The notes beneath the pieces are model-generated. The model ran no database searches, was not told the origin of the DNA, and saw nothing but the letters and a program-made list of their open reading frames with translations. A DNA stretch of 51,316 nt from Gemmatimonadales bacterium (GTDB taxonomy: Bacteria; Gemmatimonadota; Gemmatimonadetes; Gemmatimonadales; JACORV01). Shown one piece after another: positions 1 through 10,944 of the stretch. Position numbers and translations under genes: made by a program. Each line of letters starts with the position of its first letter. The stretch's first letter is position 1. The stretch is from NCBI GenBank assembly GCA_035541085.1, contig DATKNX010000191.1, positions 1-51,316 of the forward strand. The letters run 5' to 3'.

Positions 1-1131
1 CGCGGCCGCGCGGCGCTGGGATCCGATCTCGTCTGGCCGGAGTCCGACACGCACTTCGAGGCGCTGTACGCGTACCTCGAGCTGGAGCGGCCGCGGTACC
101 TGCTGCGCCTCGGGCGGCAGCAGCGCGCGTCGGGCCTCGGCTTCTACGGGTTCGACGGTCTCACGGCCGCCTGGCGGCCGCTCGCGGCGCTGCGCATCGA
201 GGGCTACGGCGGGCGCGGGCTCGCCCGCGCTTCCATGGAGTCCTTCAACAGCTCGGCCATCGCGTCGCTCGATCCGCTGCGGCCGGACCTGGGCACCATC
301 CTGCTCGGGGCGTCGGTGTGGGCGGCTCCGTCGCCGCGCTCGACGTTCACGGCGAGCTACCAGCGCGAGCTGTTGAGCGACCGGAGCGGCCTGGTCTCCG
401 AGCTGGCGGCCTTCGACGGGCGGGTCGGGGTGGGGTCGCACCTCATCCTGTCGGGCTCCGCCAACGCCGACGTCGCACGGCGCCAGTGGGGCAAGGCCTC
501 GATCAGCGCCATGTACCTGGTGAGCCCGGCGCTCAGCGTCCAGGTCGAGGCGTTCCAGTACCGGCCGACGCTCGACCTGTCGAGCATCTGGGGCGTGTTC
601 ACGCCGGAGGCGCACGCCGGCTACTCCGCGTCGGCGAACGTGACCGTGAGCCGCGACCTGTCGTTCAACGGCGGCTTCACGTACCGCCACTGGCAGCCGT
701 TGAGCAGCGGCTCGCCGTTCCTCGCGGACGTCGGCAACTTCCAGCGCGAGCTCACCCTCGGCTCGCGGGCCCGGCTCGGGAGCTACACGCTCGACGGCAG
801 CTATCATCTGGAGATCGGCTTCGGCGGCGACGAGAGCGCCGGCGACCTGAGCGCCGCGTACGCGCCGGCCGGCAGCTGGAGCGCCGGCGTGCGCACGACC
901 GCCTTCCAGCAGACGGACATGTTCCGCGTCGCCAGCGGCACCGTGTACGGCCTCGGCGGCACGTTCCGGACGCCGCTCGGACGCCGCCTGGAGCTCAGCG
1001 CCGACCTGATGCGCTACCTGCACCGGCGCCTCGGCACCTCGACGGGTGTCGACTGGAACCAGACCCGACTCTCGGTGACGTTCGACTGGACCATGGGCGC
1101 CGACGCCGACCGCGTCGCGGCCTACCAGTGA
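1..1131 (+). CDS. Putative outer-membrane beta-barrel protein (5' partial, continues upstream of window)
   Basis: Frame 1 has no stop from base 1 to TGA 1129-1131 and has G/C-rich third positions. The track ORF 235..1131 is therefore only the Met-delimited part. Alternating strand-like segments (YTLDGSYHLEIGFGG, WSAGVRTTAFQQ, TVYGLGGTFRTPL, TRLSVTFDWTM) suggest a beta-barrel. No family recognised. Confidence 0.5.
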   Translation, partial: RGRAALGSDLVWPESDTHFEALYAYLELERPRYLLRLGRQQRASGLGFYGFDGLTAAWRPLAALRIEGYGGRGLARASMESFNSSAIASLDPLRPDLGTILLGASVWAAPSPRSTFTASYQRELLSDRSGLVSELAAFDGRVGVGSHLILSGSANADVARRQWGKASISAMYLVSPALSVQVEAFQYRPTLDLSSIWGVFTPEAHAGYSASANVTVSRDLSFNGGFTYRHWQPLSSGSPFLADVGNFQRELTLGSRARLGSYTLDGSYHLEIGFGGDESAGDLSAAYAPAGSWSAGVRTTAFQQTDMFRVASGTVYGLGGTFRTPLGRRLELSADLMRYLHRRLGTSTGVDWNQTRLSVTFDWTMGADADRVAAYQ

Positions 1132-2555
1132 CGGCCCGGGCCCTGACCGCGGCGTTCGCGCTCGCGGCGGCGCTGGCGGGCTCCGCCACCGCGACGGCCC
1201 TGCGGGCGCAGGTGCCCGCAGCCGCCGACTCGTTCCCGCACCAGCGTCACGCGCGGCTGTTCACGACCTGCGCGGCGTGCCACGCGGGGATCGCGACGGG
1301 CGACTCCGCGCACTTCCTGCCGACGCCCGAATCGTGCGCCAGCTGCCACAACGGCGATCTCGTGCGCGCGGTCAACTGGACGCCCGGGCCGCGGCGCATC
1401 ACCAACGTCACGATGGACCACGCGAGGCACCTCGCGCTGTTCGCGCGGCAAGGCATCCAGCCGGAGGCGGCCTGCCAGAAGTGCCACGCCGCGGCCGACA
1501 CGCTCGCCTTCATGGACGTGGGCCGCGCGAATCCCGAGCGGTGCGTGACCTGCCACGGGCGCGGCGCGCCCACCCACCTCGCGCAGCGCTCGTGCGAGCC
1601 GTGCCACACTCCGCTCGCGGACAGCCCCGGCCTCGACGTCGCGACCATCACGGCGTATCCCAAGCCGCCGTCGCACGACTCGGCGTGGACGCTGAGCCAC
1701 GGCGAGGCGGCGTCGGGCTCCACCTGCGCGGTGTGCCACGCGCAGCAGTTCTGCACGTCGTGCCACGTCAACGCGCGCAGCGTGAACGCGATCAAGAGCC
1801 TCGCCCGCGACGACCGCGTGGCGGCCATCGTCCGGACGCTGACGGTGACGTACCCCCGCCCGCCGTCGCACCTCTCGTCCGCGTGGCCTCGCGAGCACGG
1901 CGTGGTCGCCCGGGCCGGTGTGGCCGAGTGCGCCAACTGCCACACCCGGGAGTCGTGCCTCGGTTGCCACCGGGTCGAAGAGCGCGTGGCCCCGGTGCTC
2001 GAGCTGCCGCGACGCGCGAGCGGCGGCGCTCCGGGCGTGGACCTGTCGGGCATCAAGCCGGCCGACCACCTGCCCGACCAGCTGCTCCGCCACCGCATCG
2101 TCGCCGCCGGCGGGACGGCGAGCTGCAACGTCTGCCACCGCCCCGCCTACTGCGTCAGCTGCCACGCCGCCGCCAAGGCGCCCTCGTTCCACGGGCCCGA
2201 CTTCGTCGCGCGCCACGCCCGGCAGGCGTACGCCGCCGAGGCGGAGTGCGCGGCCTGCCACCAGACCCAGGTCTTCTGCCGCTCGTGCCACCGGATGCTC
2301 GGCGAAGCCAACACCGGGGCCCCCGTCGGCAAGTTCCACGACAAGCAGCCGGGCTGGCTGTTCGGCCACGGCGGCGTCGCGCGGCGGGCGATCGAGACCT
2401 GCGCCAGCTGCCACGAGCAGAACTTCTGCCTCAAGTGTCACTCGGCCGTCGGCGGCGAGGGCGTCAACCCGCACGGCCCCGGCTTCGATCCGCGGGTGGC
2501 GAGCAAGAACCCGGCGACCTGCCGGCTGTGCCACGGGGCGGTCATCCCTCGGTGA
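1128..2555 (+). CDS. Secreted multihaem c-type cytochrome, 16 CXXCH motifs
   Basis: GTG 1128 overlaps the upstream stop (GTGA). Sec-type signal peptide VTARALTAAFALAAALAGSATATALRAQ. I counted 16 CXXCH motifs (CAACH, CASCH, CQKCH, CVTCH, CEPCH, CAVCH, CTSCH, CANCH, CLGCH, CNVCH, CVSCH, CAACH, CRSCH, CASCH, CLKCH, CRLCH). The part of track ORF 318..2555 upstream of 1128 is an Arg/Pro-rich artefact overlapping the previous gene. Confidence 0.9.
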   Translation: MTARALTAAFALAAALAGSATATALRAQVPAAADSFPHQRHARLFTTCAACHAGIATGDSAHFLPTPESCASCHNGDLVRAVNWTPGPRRITNVTMDHARHLALFARQGIQPEAACQKCHAAADTLAFMDVGRANPERCVTCHGRGAPTHLAQRSCEPCHTPLADSPGLDVATITAYPKPPSHDSAWTLSHGEAASGSTCAVCHAQQFCTSCHVNARSVNAIKSLARDDRVAAIVRTLTVTYPRPPSHLSSAWPREHGVVARAGVAECANCHTRESCLGCHRVEERVAPVLELPRRASGGAPGVDLSGIKPADHLPDQLLRHRIVAAGGTASCNVCHRPAYCVSCHAAAKAPSFHGPDFVARHARQAYAAEAECAACHQTQVFCRSCHRMLGEANTGAPVGKFHDKQPGWLFGHGGVARRAIETCASCHEQNFCLKCHSAVGGEGVNPHGPGFDPRVASKNPATCRLCHGAVIPR

Positions 2556-2709
2556 ACGAGGAGTCTCGGGTACCAGCCCCGGCACGAAACCAGGCGCCGC
2601 GGCGCGTCTAGGTCATTTCGTCCGAGGCGGTGAGCCGTTGCTTCGCCAGTGCGCGTGGCAGAGGCCTCGGTTGCTATCCCGAGTACCTTAGACGAGCTTT
2701 CGGGACAGG

Positions 2710-3784
2710 ATGACCCATACCGTCACCCAGCCCGACCCGGCCCTCATCGCCGCCATCGTGGACATGGCGGCCGACGCCATCATCTGCGTGGGCCCGGACG
2801 ACCGCATCCTCTCCTGCAACCGCGGCGCCGAGAGGATGTTCGGCTGGTCGGCCCAGGACCTGGTGGGCCAGCCGTTCGCGATGCTGCTGCCGGAGGAGGA
2901 GCTGGCACGGGGCGAGATCGACTGGATGCGGCGCACCACGATCGCCGAGGGCGCCATCCGCGACTACGAGACGCGGCGGAAGACGAAGGACGGCCGCATC
3001 ATCGAGGTCAGCCTCACCCGCACGGTCGTGCACGACGAGTCGGGCAACCTCATCGGCTACTCGGCGATCCTCCGCGACATCTCGGATCGCAAGCGCATCG
3101 AGCGGCAGCTGCTGACGGCCGAGCGGCTGGCCACGGCCGGCCAGGTCGCCGCGGGGGTCGCGCACGAGATCGGCGCCCCGCTCACCGCCATCTCGGTGGC
3201 GGTGGACCACATGCTGCAGTCGCGCTGCAACTTCTGCGGCGGCGGCGAGGAGATGCAGGTGCTGCTGTCGCAGACCGACCGCATCGCCAAGCTCGCCCGC
3301 CGGCTCGTGAACCTCGCCAAGCCCGCGGGCCTGGTGTTCACGGCCACGAGCGCGAACGAAGTGGTGGAGCAGGCCACGAGCCTGGTCCAGCCGCAGCTCG
3401 GCCGCCATCGCATCCGGCTCGAGCTGGCGCTGGCGCCCGACCTGCCGGCCATCCACGCCGACGAGGCGCAGCTCCAGCAGGTGTTGATCAACCTGTTCCT
3501 GAACGCGCAGCGGGCCATGGCCGAGACGGGCGGGCTGCTGCGCGTCGAGACCGGCGCGCCGGCCCGGGACATGGTGGACATCACGGTGTCCGACAACGGC
3601 CCCGGCATCGCCGAGGCGGACCTGCCGCACATCTTCACGCCGTTCTTCTCGCGCTCCGGCGGCACGGGGCTCGGCCTTTCGCTCGCGGCGCAGATCGTGA
3701 AGTCGCACCGCGGCACCATCGACGTCGCCTCGCGCGTGGGCCAGGGCGCGACGTTCACCATCCGGATTCCCGCATCGGTGAGCC

Positions 3785-3792
<8 letters not shown>
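2710..3792 (+). CDS. Soluble PAS-domain sensor histidine kinase (NtrB-like)
   Basis: N-terminal PAS-like region with no obvious TM segment. H-box HEIGAPLTAI, N-box LINLFLNAQRA, G-boxes DNGPGI and GTGLGLS. Confidence 0.9.
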
Positions 3793-5233
<1,441 letters not shown>

Positions 5234-5281
5234 ATACGCGCCGCGCGCCCCGCGCGGACACGTTGTCTCATGGCACTCCGA

Positions 5282-5307
5282 GGCCCCGGCGCCAGCGCGC
5301 CGGGGCC
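5282..5307 (+). terminator. GC-rich hairpin after the NtrC-like gene
   Basis: Perfect 11-bp stem GGCCCCGGCGC / GCGCCGGGGCC with loop CAGC, followed only by TTC (weak U-tract). A second small hairpin CCGCGCG-ccc-CGCGCGG lies at 5241-5257. Confidence 0.45.
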
Positions 5308-5363
5308 TTCGCGTAACCAACCACCCCACAACGAGTTACCAAAGCGGCGGCGATTCGCTCCCG

Positions 5364-5379
5364 TGGTACGCGATGCGCA
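5364..5379 (+). promoter_or_regulatory. Candidate sigma-54 (-24/-12) promoter
   Basis: TGGTACGcgatGCGCA. GG (5365-66) and GC (5377-78) have the canonical 12-nt register of TGGCACG-N4-TTGCW. The C-to-T change in the -24 box and GC instead of TT before the -12 GC weaken it. It lies downstream of a sigma-54 activator gene and 14 nt before the USP-like start. Confidence 0.3.
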
Positions 5380-5392
5380 ACTATGCGCTGGC

Positions 5393-6121
5393 GTGATCGA
5401 GTCCCTTCTCATCGCCGTGGACGCCGCTCCCTTTGCGGATCGGGTAGCCGGGTGGCTGCCGGATCTCGTGAGCGCGGGCGTGCGCCGGGCGACGCTGTTC
5501 CACGCCATCGAGGGCGTGGGGACGGAGTGCGTGAAGGAGCTCGACGACCTGCGTCCCCGCCTCGACCGGCTCGCCGTGCAGCTGACGGCGCGCGAGGTGG
5601 AGGCGGACATCGCCCTGAAGCGCGGCGACCGCGTGCGCTGGCTGACCTCGCTCGCGGAGCTCCGCACCAGCCAGGTGCTGGTGCTGGGCGCGCGCTGCTC
5701 GGCGGCGCCGCATCAGCGCGCGATCGGCGCGACGCTGCGCCTGCTGCTCGAAGAGTCACACGTGCCGTTGCTCGTGCTGCCGGCGGCGAAGGACGCGGCG
5801 ACCCCGCGGCTCTTCGACAAGCCGGTGCTGCTGTCGAACGGCCGCACGGCGGCCCAGCTCGAGTCCCGGGCCCGGGCGCTGATTCCGGTCGCGCTGCGCG
5901 TCGTCACGCACGCGGCCGACGCCCCGCCGCCCGCCGAAGCCTCGCTCATCGTGGTGGGCCCCGAGCTCGTGGGCCACACCTTCGAACGCATCATCACCAG
6001 TGGTAGCTCCAGCCCGGTGCTCGTTTTCCCGGCCCCGTCCCTTTCCGTCCATCCTGAGAAGGGCCCGAGCACCGTAGTCACCCCACCGTCGGAAGCATCG
6101 GGCACTGCACGCCAGCGCTGA
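5393..6121 (+). CDS. Universal stress protein-like protein (tandem USP-like halves)
   Basis: In-frame GTG 5393 gives VIESLLIAVDAAPF..., a typical USP N-terminal strand. The second half (PVLLSNG...SLIVVGPELVGHTFERIITSGSSSPVLVF) resembles a second USP fold. The track start at 5270 would add an unlikely leader. Family call is by eye only. Confidence 0.55.
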   Translation: MIESLLIAVDAAPFADRVAGWLPDLVSAGVRRATLFHAIEGVGTECVKELDDLRPRLDRLAVQLTAREVEADIALKRGDRVRWLTSLAELRTSQVLVLGARCSAAPHQRAIGATLRLLLEESHVPLLVLPAAKDAATPRLFDKPVLLSNGRTAAQLESRARALIPVALRVVTHAADAPPPAEASLIVVGPELVGHTFERIITSGSSSPVLVFPAPSLSVHPEKGPSTVVTPPSEASGTARQR

Positions 6122-6149
6122 GTCGGCAACGACCTCAGGCGGCGTGTGG

Positions 6150-6181
6150 TGCCCGACTTCCGAGTCGGGCATCGTCGTTTT
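6150..6181 (+). terminator. Rho-independent terminator
   Basis: Stem TGCCCGACT / AGTCGGGCA (9 bp), loop TCCG, then TCGTCGTTTT. Confidence 0.6.
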
Positions 6182-6211
6182 GGAGCGGTGGAGCGGCGCC
6201 GGGCGGCGCGG

Positions 6212-6763
6212 CTAGAGGGCCGACAGCTCCGCGAGCGTCTCGGCGCCGTAGAAGAGCCGGATGTACTTCGCCTGCGTCGGCGTGAGCCGGCGCACGGCCC
6301 ACGCGAGGTGCACGAAGTGCGGCTCGACCGGGGGCCGGAGCGGGTGCATGCCCAGCTCCTCCGGCAGGTGGCTGCCCTTGCGCGCGTTGCAGGTCGAGCA
6401 GGCGGTGACGACGTTCGTCCACGCGTTGGTGCCGCCGCGCGAGAGCGGGACCAGGTGGTCGCGCGTGAGGCACTCGCGCGGCCGGAGCTGGTGCTGCGTG
6501 CGCGTGCAGAACTGGCAGCGGTAGCCGTCGCGGGCGAACAGGAAGGTGTTCGTCACCTGGCGCCGGAAGCGCCGCGGCACGTGCACGAACTTGACCAGGC
6601 GGATCACCGCGGGACGCGGCACGGCCAGGTGCTCGGAGCGCGCCAGGCGGCCGGCGTCCGACTCGACGATCTCCGCCTTCCCGTCGATGACGAGCCGCAG
6701 CGCCCGCCGCACCGGTACCATGGTGAGCGGCTCGAACGACGCGTTCAACGCGAGGCATCGCAC
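6212..6763 (-). CDS. HNH endonuclease family protein
   Basis: MRCLALNASFEPL... N-terminus typical of the small stand-alone HNH family. Cys pairs CQFC and CSTCN flank the DHLVPLSRGGTNAWTNVVTAC HNH core. Confidence 0.85.
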   Translation of the reverse strand: MRCLALNASFEPLTMVPVRRALRLVIDGKAEIVESDAGRLARSEHLAVPRPAVIRLVKFVHVPRRFRRQVTNTFLFARDGYRCQFCTRTQHQLRPRECLTRDHLVPLSRGGTNAWTNVVTACSTCNARKGSHLPEELGMHPLRPPVEPHFVHLAWAVRRLTPTQAKYIRLFYGAETLAELSAL

Positions 6764-6798
6764 CCGGAATACCCTCCGAGGCCCGGCCGGCCATCCAC

Positions 6799-6834
6799 AA
6801 AAAAACCCGTCTCGCTCGTGGCGAACGGGACGGG
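6799..6834 (-). terminator. Rho-independent terminator downstream of argH
   Basis: On the minus strand: CCCGTC...GACGGG stem with an inner TCGC/GCGA pairing, followed by seven U (plus-strand A-run 6799-6805). Confidence 0.55.
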
Positions 6835-6959
6835 ATGAGGCGGGTCGATCGGTTGTCGTAAGACCACGTCCCTGGAGCGCCCTACCCGGCGCCCGTCGTG
6901 GATACTAGCGCGCGGGCGGCGCCTCGGCAAGCGGCCGGGGCCCGGCGCGCGACGCGCGG

Positions 6960-8342
6960 CTAGCCGGCGAAGGCCGCCTTCGCCGCCTCGAGCTGCGCGA
7001 GCACGGCGGCGCGCGCCGTGCCTCCCGGCAGCGTGCGCCGCTCGACGGCGGCCTCCGGACCGCCCAGGTCGCGCAGCGCGGCCGGCAGCGCCGGGTCGAG
7101 CCGCCCCGCTTCAGCCGCGCCCACCTCGTCGATGGGGACGCCCAGCTCCTCGGCGCGGCGCACCAGCGCGCCCACCAGCGCGTGCGCGTCCCGGAACGCC
7201 ACGCCCGACTTCACGAGCAGGTCGGCGAGATCGGTCGCGAGCACCGAGGATTCGAGCGCCGCGGCCATCCGCGCGGCGTCGGGCGCCAGGCCCGCCACGA
7301 CCCCGGCCAGCAGGTCCGCCGACTGCTCCGCGAGATCCAGCGCCTCGAACAGCGCCGCGTTGTTCTGCTGCAGGTCCTTCTGGTAACCGGTCGGCATCGC
7401 CTTGAGCGTGGCGAGCAGCCCGACCAGCCGCCCCAGGAGGTGGCCGGACGCGCCGCGCACCAGCTCGAGCGAATCCGGGTTCCGCTTCTGCGGCATCAGG
7501 CTGCTGCCCGTCGTGAACGGCTCCGGCAGCCGCACGAACCCGAACTCGGCCGAGGAAAAGAGCACCAGGTCCTCGGCCAGCCGCGAGAGGTGCGTTCCCG
7601 CGAGCGCGGCCGCGAACACCGCCTCGACCGCGAAGTCGCGGTCGCCCACCGCGTCCATCGAGTTGCGGCTGACCTCGGCGAAGCCGAGATCGGCGGCGAG
7701 CCGCGCGCGGTCCACGGCGAACCCCGATCCGGCGATGGCCCCCGAGCCCAGGGGCAGCACGGCCGTGCGCCGGCGCGCTTCGGCGAGCCGCGCGCGATCG
7801 CGCGCCAGCGGCCACACGTGCGCGAGCGCCCAGTGCGCCAGGCGAACGGGCTGCGCGCGCTGCGTGTGCGTGTACGCCGGCAGCAGCACGTCGAGGCCCC
7901 GCTCCGCCTGGCCCACGAGCGCGCGGCCGAGCCCCAGCAGCGCGGCGCCGAGGCGGTCCAGGGCCCCCATGGTCCAGAGCCTCAGGTCGGTGCCCATCTG
8001 GTCGTTGCGCGAGCGGCCGGTGTGCAGCTTGCCCGCGACGGGCCCGGCGGCCTCGCCGAGCAGGCGCTCGATCAGCGAGTGGATGTCCTCGTCGGCGGCG
8101 CCGTCGGCCGCCCCGGCGGCGAGGGCCGTTTCGACCTTCGCGAGCCCGGCCAGCAGCGCGTCGCGCTCGGAGGTGTGGAGGACGCCGCAGCGCTCGAGCG
8201 CGGCGGCCCAGGCACGGTTGGTGGCGAGGTCCTCACGCCACAGGCGGCGGTCCACCGGGAGGCTGCGGTTGAGGCGGTCGAGCCGCGGGTCCATGGGCTC
8301 CGCGAACCGGCCGCCCCACATCACGTGCGCCCCGTCAGGCAT
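6960..8342 (-). CDS. argH: Argininosuccinate lyase
   Basis: WGGRF N-terminus and the fumarate-lyase signature GSSLMPQKRNPDSLELVRG. ATG 8342 overlaps the upstream stop by 8 nt. An alternative ATG lies at 8321. Confidence 0.95.
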   Translation of the reverse strand: MPDGAHVMWGGRFAEPMDPRLDRLNRSLPVDRRLWREDLATNRAWAAALERCGVLHTSERDALLAGLAKVETALAAGAADGAADEDIHSLIERLLGEAAGPVAGKLHTGRSRNDQMGTDLRLWTMGALDRLGAALLGLGRALVGQAERGLDVLLPAYTHTQRAQPVRLAHWALAHVWPLARDRARLAEARRRTAVLPLGSGAIAGSGFAVDRARLAADLGFAEVSRNSMDAVGDRDFAVEAVFAAALAGTHLSRLAEDLVLFSSAEFGFVRLPEPFTTGSSLMPQKRNPDSLELVRGASGHLLGRLVGLLATLKAMPTGYQKDLQQNNAALFEALDLAEQSADLLAGVVAGLAPDAARMAAALESSVLATDLADLLVKSGVAFRDAHALVGALVRRAEELGVPIDEVGAAEAGRLDPALPAALRDLGGPEAAVERRTLPGGTARAAVLAQLEAAKAAFAG

Positions 8343-9176
8343 GGGCGGGCGCCGGATGGCGGGCGAGCTCGGTCAGGGAGCGCGGCGCCCAGCCCAGCAG
8401 CGACGCGGTGCGGCGCGAGTCGAGCGACGTGTCGCGCGGCCGCGACTCCGGGCGGTCCGCCTCGCGGATCAGGCCGGCGTCGAACCGGAACAGGTCGCAC
8501 AGCACGCGGCCCAGCTCGGCCCGGGTCAGCCGCTCCGGGCCGGCCACGTGGAAGACACCCGAGACCTCGAGCGTGCAGAGCTCCCACGCCGCCCGCGCCA
8601 CGTCGTCCACGTGCGTCGGGCTGCGCCACTCGTCGCGGTAGAGCACGACGTTCTGGCCGCGCATGAAGCTCTCGCACTCGTAGGCGGGCCGCAGCATGAT
8701 CCCGCTCTCGCCCGCCAGCAGCGACGTGCGGATCACCACGGCGCCGGCGTGCTCGGCGCGCACCAGGGCCTCGGCGTCGGCCTTCATGCGCCCGTAGGGG
8801 GAGATGGGCGCCACCGGCGACAGCTCGGTGTAGCCGCCCGACCGTCCGTCGAACACCATGTCGCTGGAGAAGAGGACGAACCGTGCGTCGCCGGCCACCG
8901 CCGCCCGCGCCGCCGCGACCGCCGCGTCCACCGTGACGGCGGGATTGGACTTGTCGTAGGCGCAGAAGAACACCACGGAGGGACGCGCGCGCTCCATCGC
9001 TTCGCGCACGGCCGACGGAGACGTGAGATCGAGGTGCAGCTCGGTCCAGTTGCCGGGCCGGACGGGCCGGCGGCCGCCGGTGCCGGTCAACTCCACGTCG
9101 CGGGGAGCCAGCGCCAGGAGGCGCGACCCCAGGAAGCCCGACGCGCCGACGACGAGCGCGCGAACGGGCCGCGGAC

Positions 9177-9180
<4 letters not shown>
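8335..9180 (-). CDS. Extended-SDR NAD(P)-dependent reductase/epimerase (RmlD-like fold)
   Basis: Rossmann motif VVGASGFLG close to the N-terminus, YxxxK (YGRMK), and an RmlD-like C-terminal half. The only canonical start in frame is GTG 9459, which overlaps argG by 283 nt; the in-frame Val codons I checked between it and the Rossmann motif are GTA or GTT. CTG 9180-9178 overlaps the argG stop (CTGA) and sits 7 nt after GGAGG. End is firm; start is inferred. Confidence 0.7.
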
Positions 9181-10406
<1,226 letters not shown>

Positions 10407-10433
10407 GACCGCCACCCTCGCTCGGGAGCCCAG

Positions 10434-10461
10434 ATGTTTATGCAGACCGACGCATAAACAT
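10434..10461. promoter_or_regulatory. AT-rich perfect inverted repeat, candidate ArgR operator upstream of argG
   Basis: ATGTTTATGC-N8-GCATAAACAT (10/10 bp), the only AT-rich patch in the argR-argG spacer. The half-site TGCATAAACAT resembles the ARG-box half TGAATAAAAAT. No U-tract follows it on either strand. Confidence 0.45.
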
Positions 10462-10481
10462 ACAGTCGCCCGGCGGGGGGT

Positions 10482-10937
10482 TCAATGCCTCGGCGCGGCG
10501 AAGGCGGCGAGCCGGTGCGCCAGCTTGCGCCGCGCCGCGGCGCTGCGGGTGATGATGAGGACGGTATCGTCGCCGGCGAGCGTGCCGAGCACCTCGGGCC
10601 ACGCCTCGCGGTCGAGGGCGGCGCCGAGGGCGCCGGCCCCGCCGGTGGGCGTGCGGATCACGAGCAGGGGCCCGACGCCGTCGGCGCGCAGCAGCAGCGA
10701 GTCCACGAAGCTGCTGAGGTGCGGGGCCGGCACCGTCTCGTCGGGCGGCGCGGCGTAGTGCGGCGCGCCGGCGCCGTTCAGCTGCTTGGTGAGCCCGAGC
10801 TCGTGGATGTCGCGCGAGAGGGTGGCCTGGGTCACGTCGAACCCGGCGTGCGCCAGCAGCTCGCGCAACCGCTCCTGGCTCGGGATCGAGTGCTCGCGCA
10901 CCAGGCGCAGGATCGCCGCGTGACGCTGGGCTTTCAT
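10482..10937 (-). CDS. argR: Arginine repressor
   Basis: Winged-helix N-terminus (RHAAILRLVREHSIPSQERLRELLAHAGFDVTQATLSRDIHELGL) and the C-terminal oligomerisation/arginine-binding motif GTLAGDDTVLII. Confidence 0.9.
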   Translation of the reverse strand: MKAQRHAAILRLVREHSIPSQERLRELLAHAGFDVTQATLSRDIHELGLTKQLNGAGAPHYAAPPDETVPAPHLSSFVDSLLLRADGVGPLLVIRTPTGGAGALGAALDREAWPEVLGTLAGDDTVLIITRSAAARRKLAHRLAAFAAPRH

Positions 10938-10944
10938 CCGCTCC

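Noticed and set aside
318-1127. N-terminal extension of the cytochrome ORF (the track starts it at 318).
   Set aside because: - The extension overlaps the beta-barrel-like gene in another frame and is Arg/Pro-rich.
- A proper signal peptide begins exactly at GTG 1128, which overlaps the upstream stop.
2656-2674. TGGCA...TTGC upstream of the PAS kinase, as a possible sigma-54 promoter.
   Set aside because: GG and GC are 16 nt apart instead of the required 12, so the register is wrong.
5271-5285. Perfect -24-like TGGCAC after the NtrC-like gene.
   Set aside because: There is no GC element in the right register (off by one, GGCC context), and the site runs into the terminator hairpin stem.
6212-6763. 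The HNH endonuclease (with the DnaB-like gene further on) as evidence of a restriction system, prophage or mobile element.
   Set aside because: - No methyltransferase, integrase, terminase or repeat boundaries are present.
- The gene looks like the widespread small stand-alone HNH family and sits between housekeeping genes.
- I saw no obvious compositional shift.
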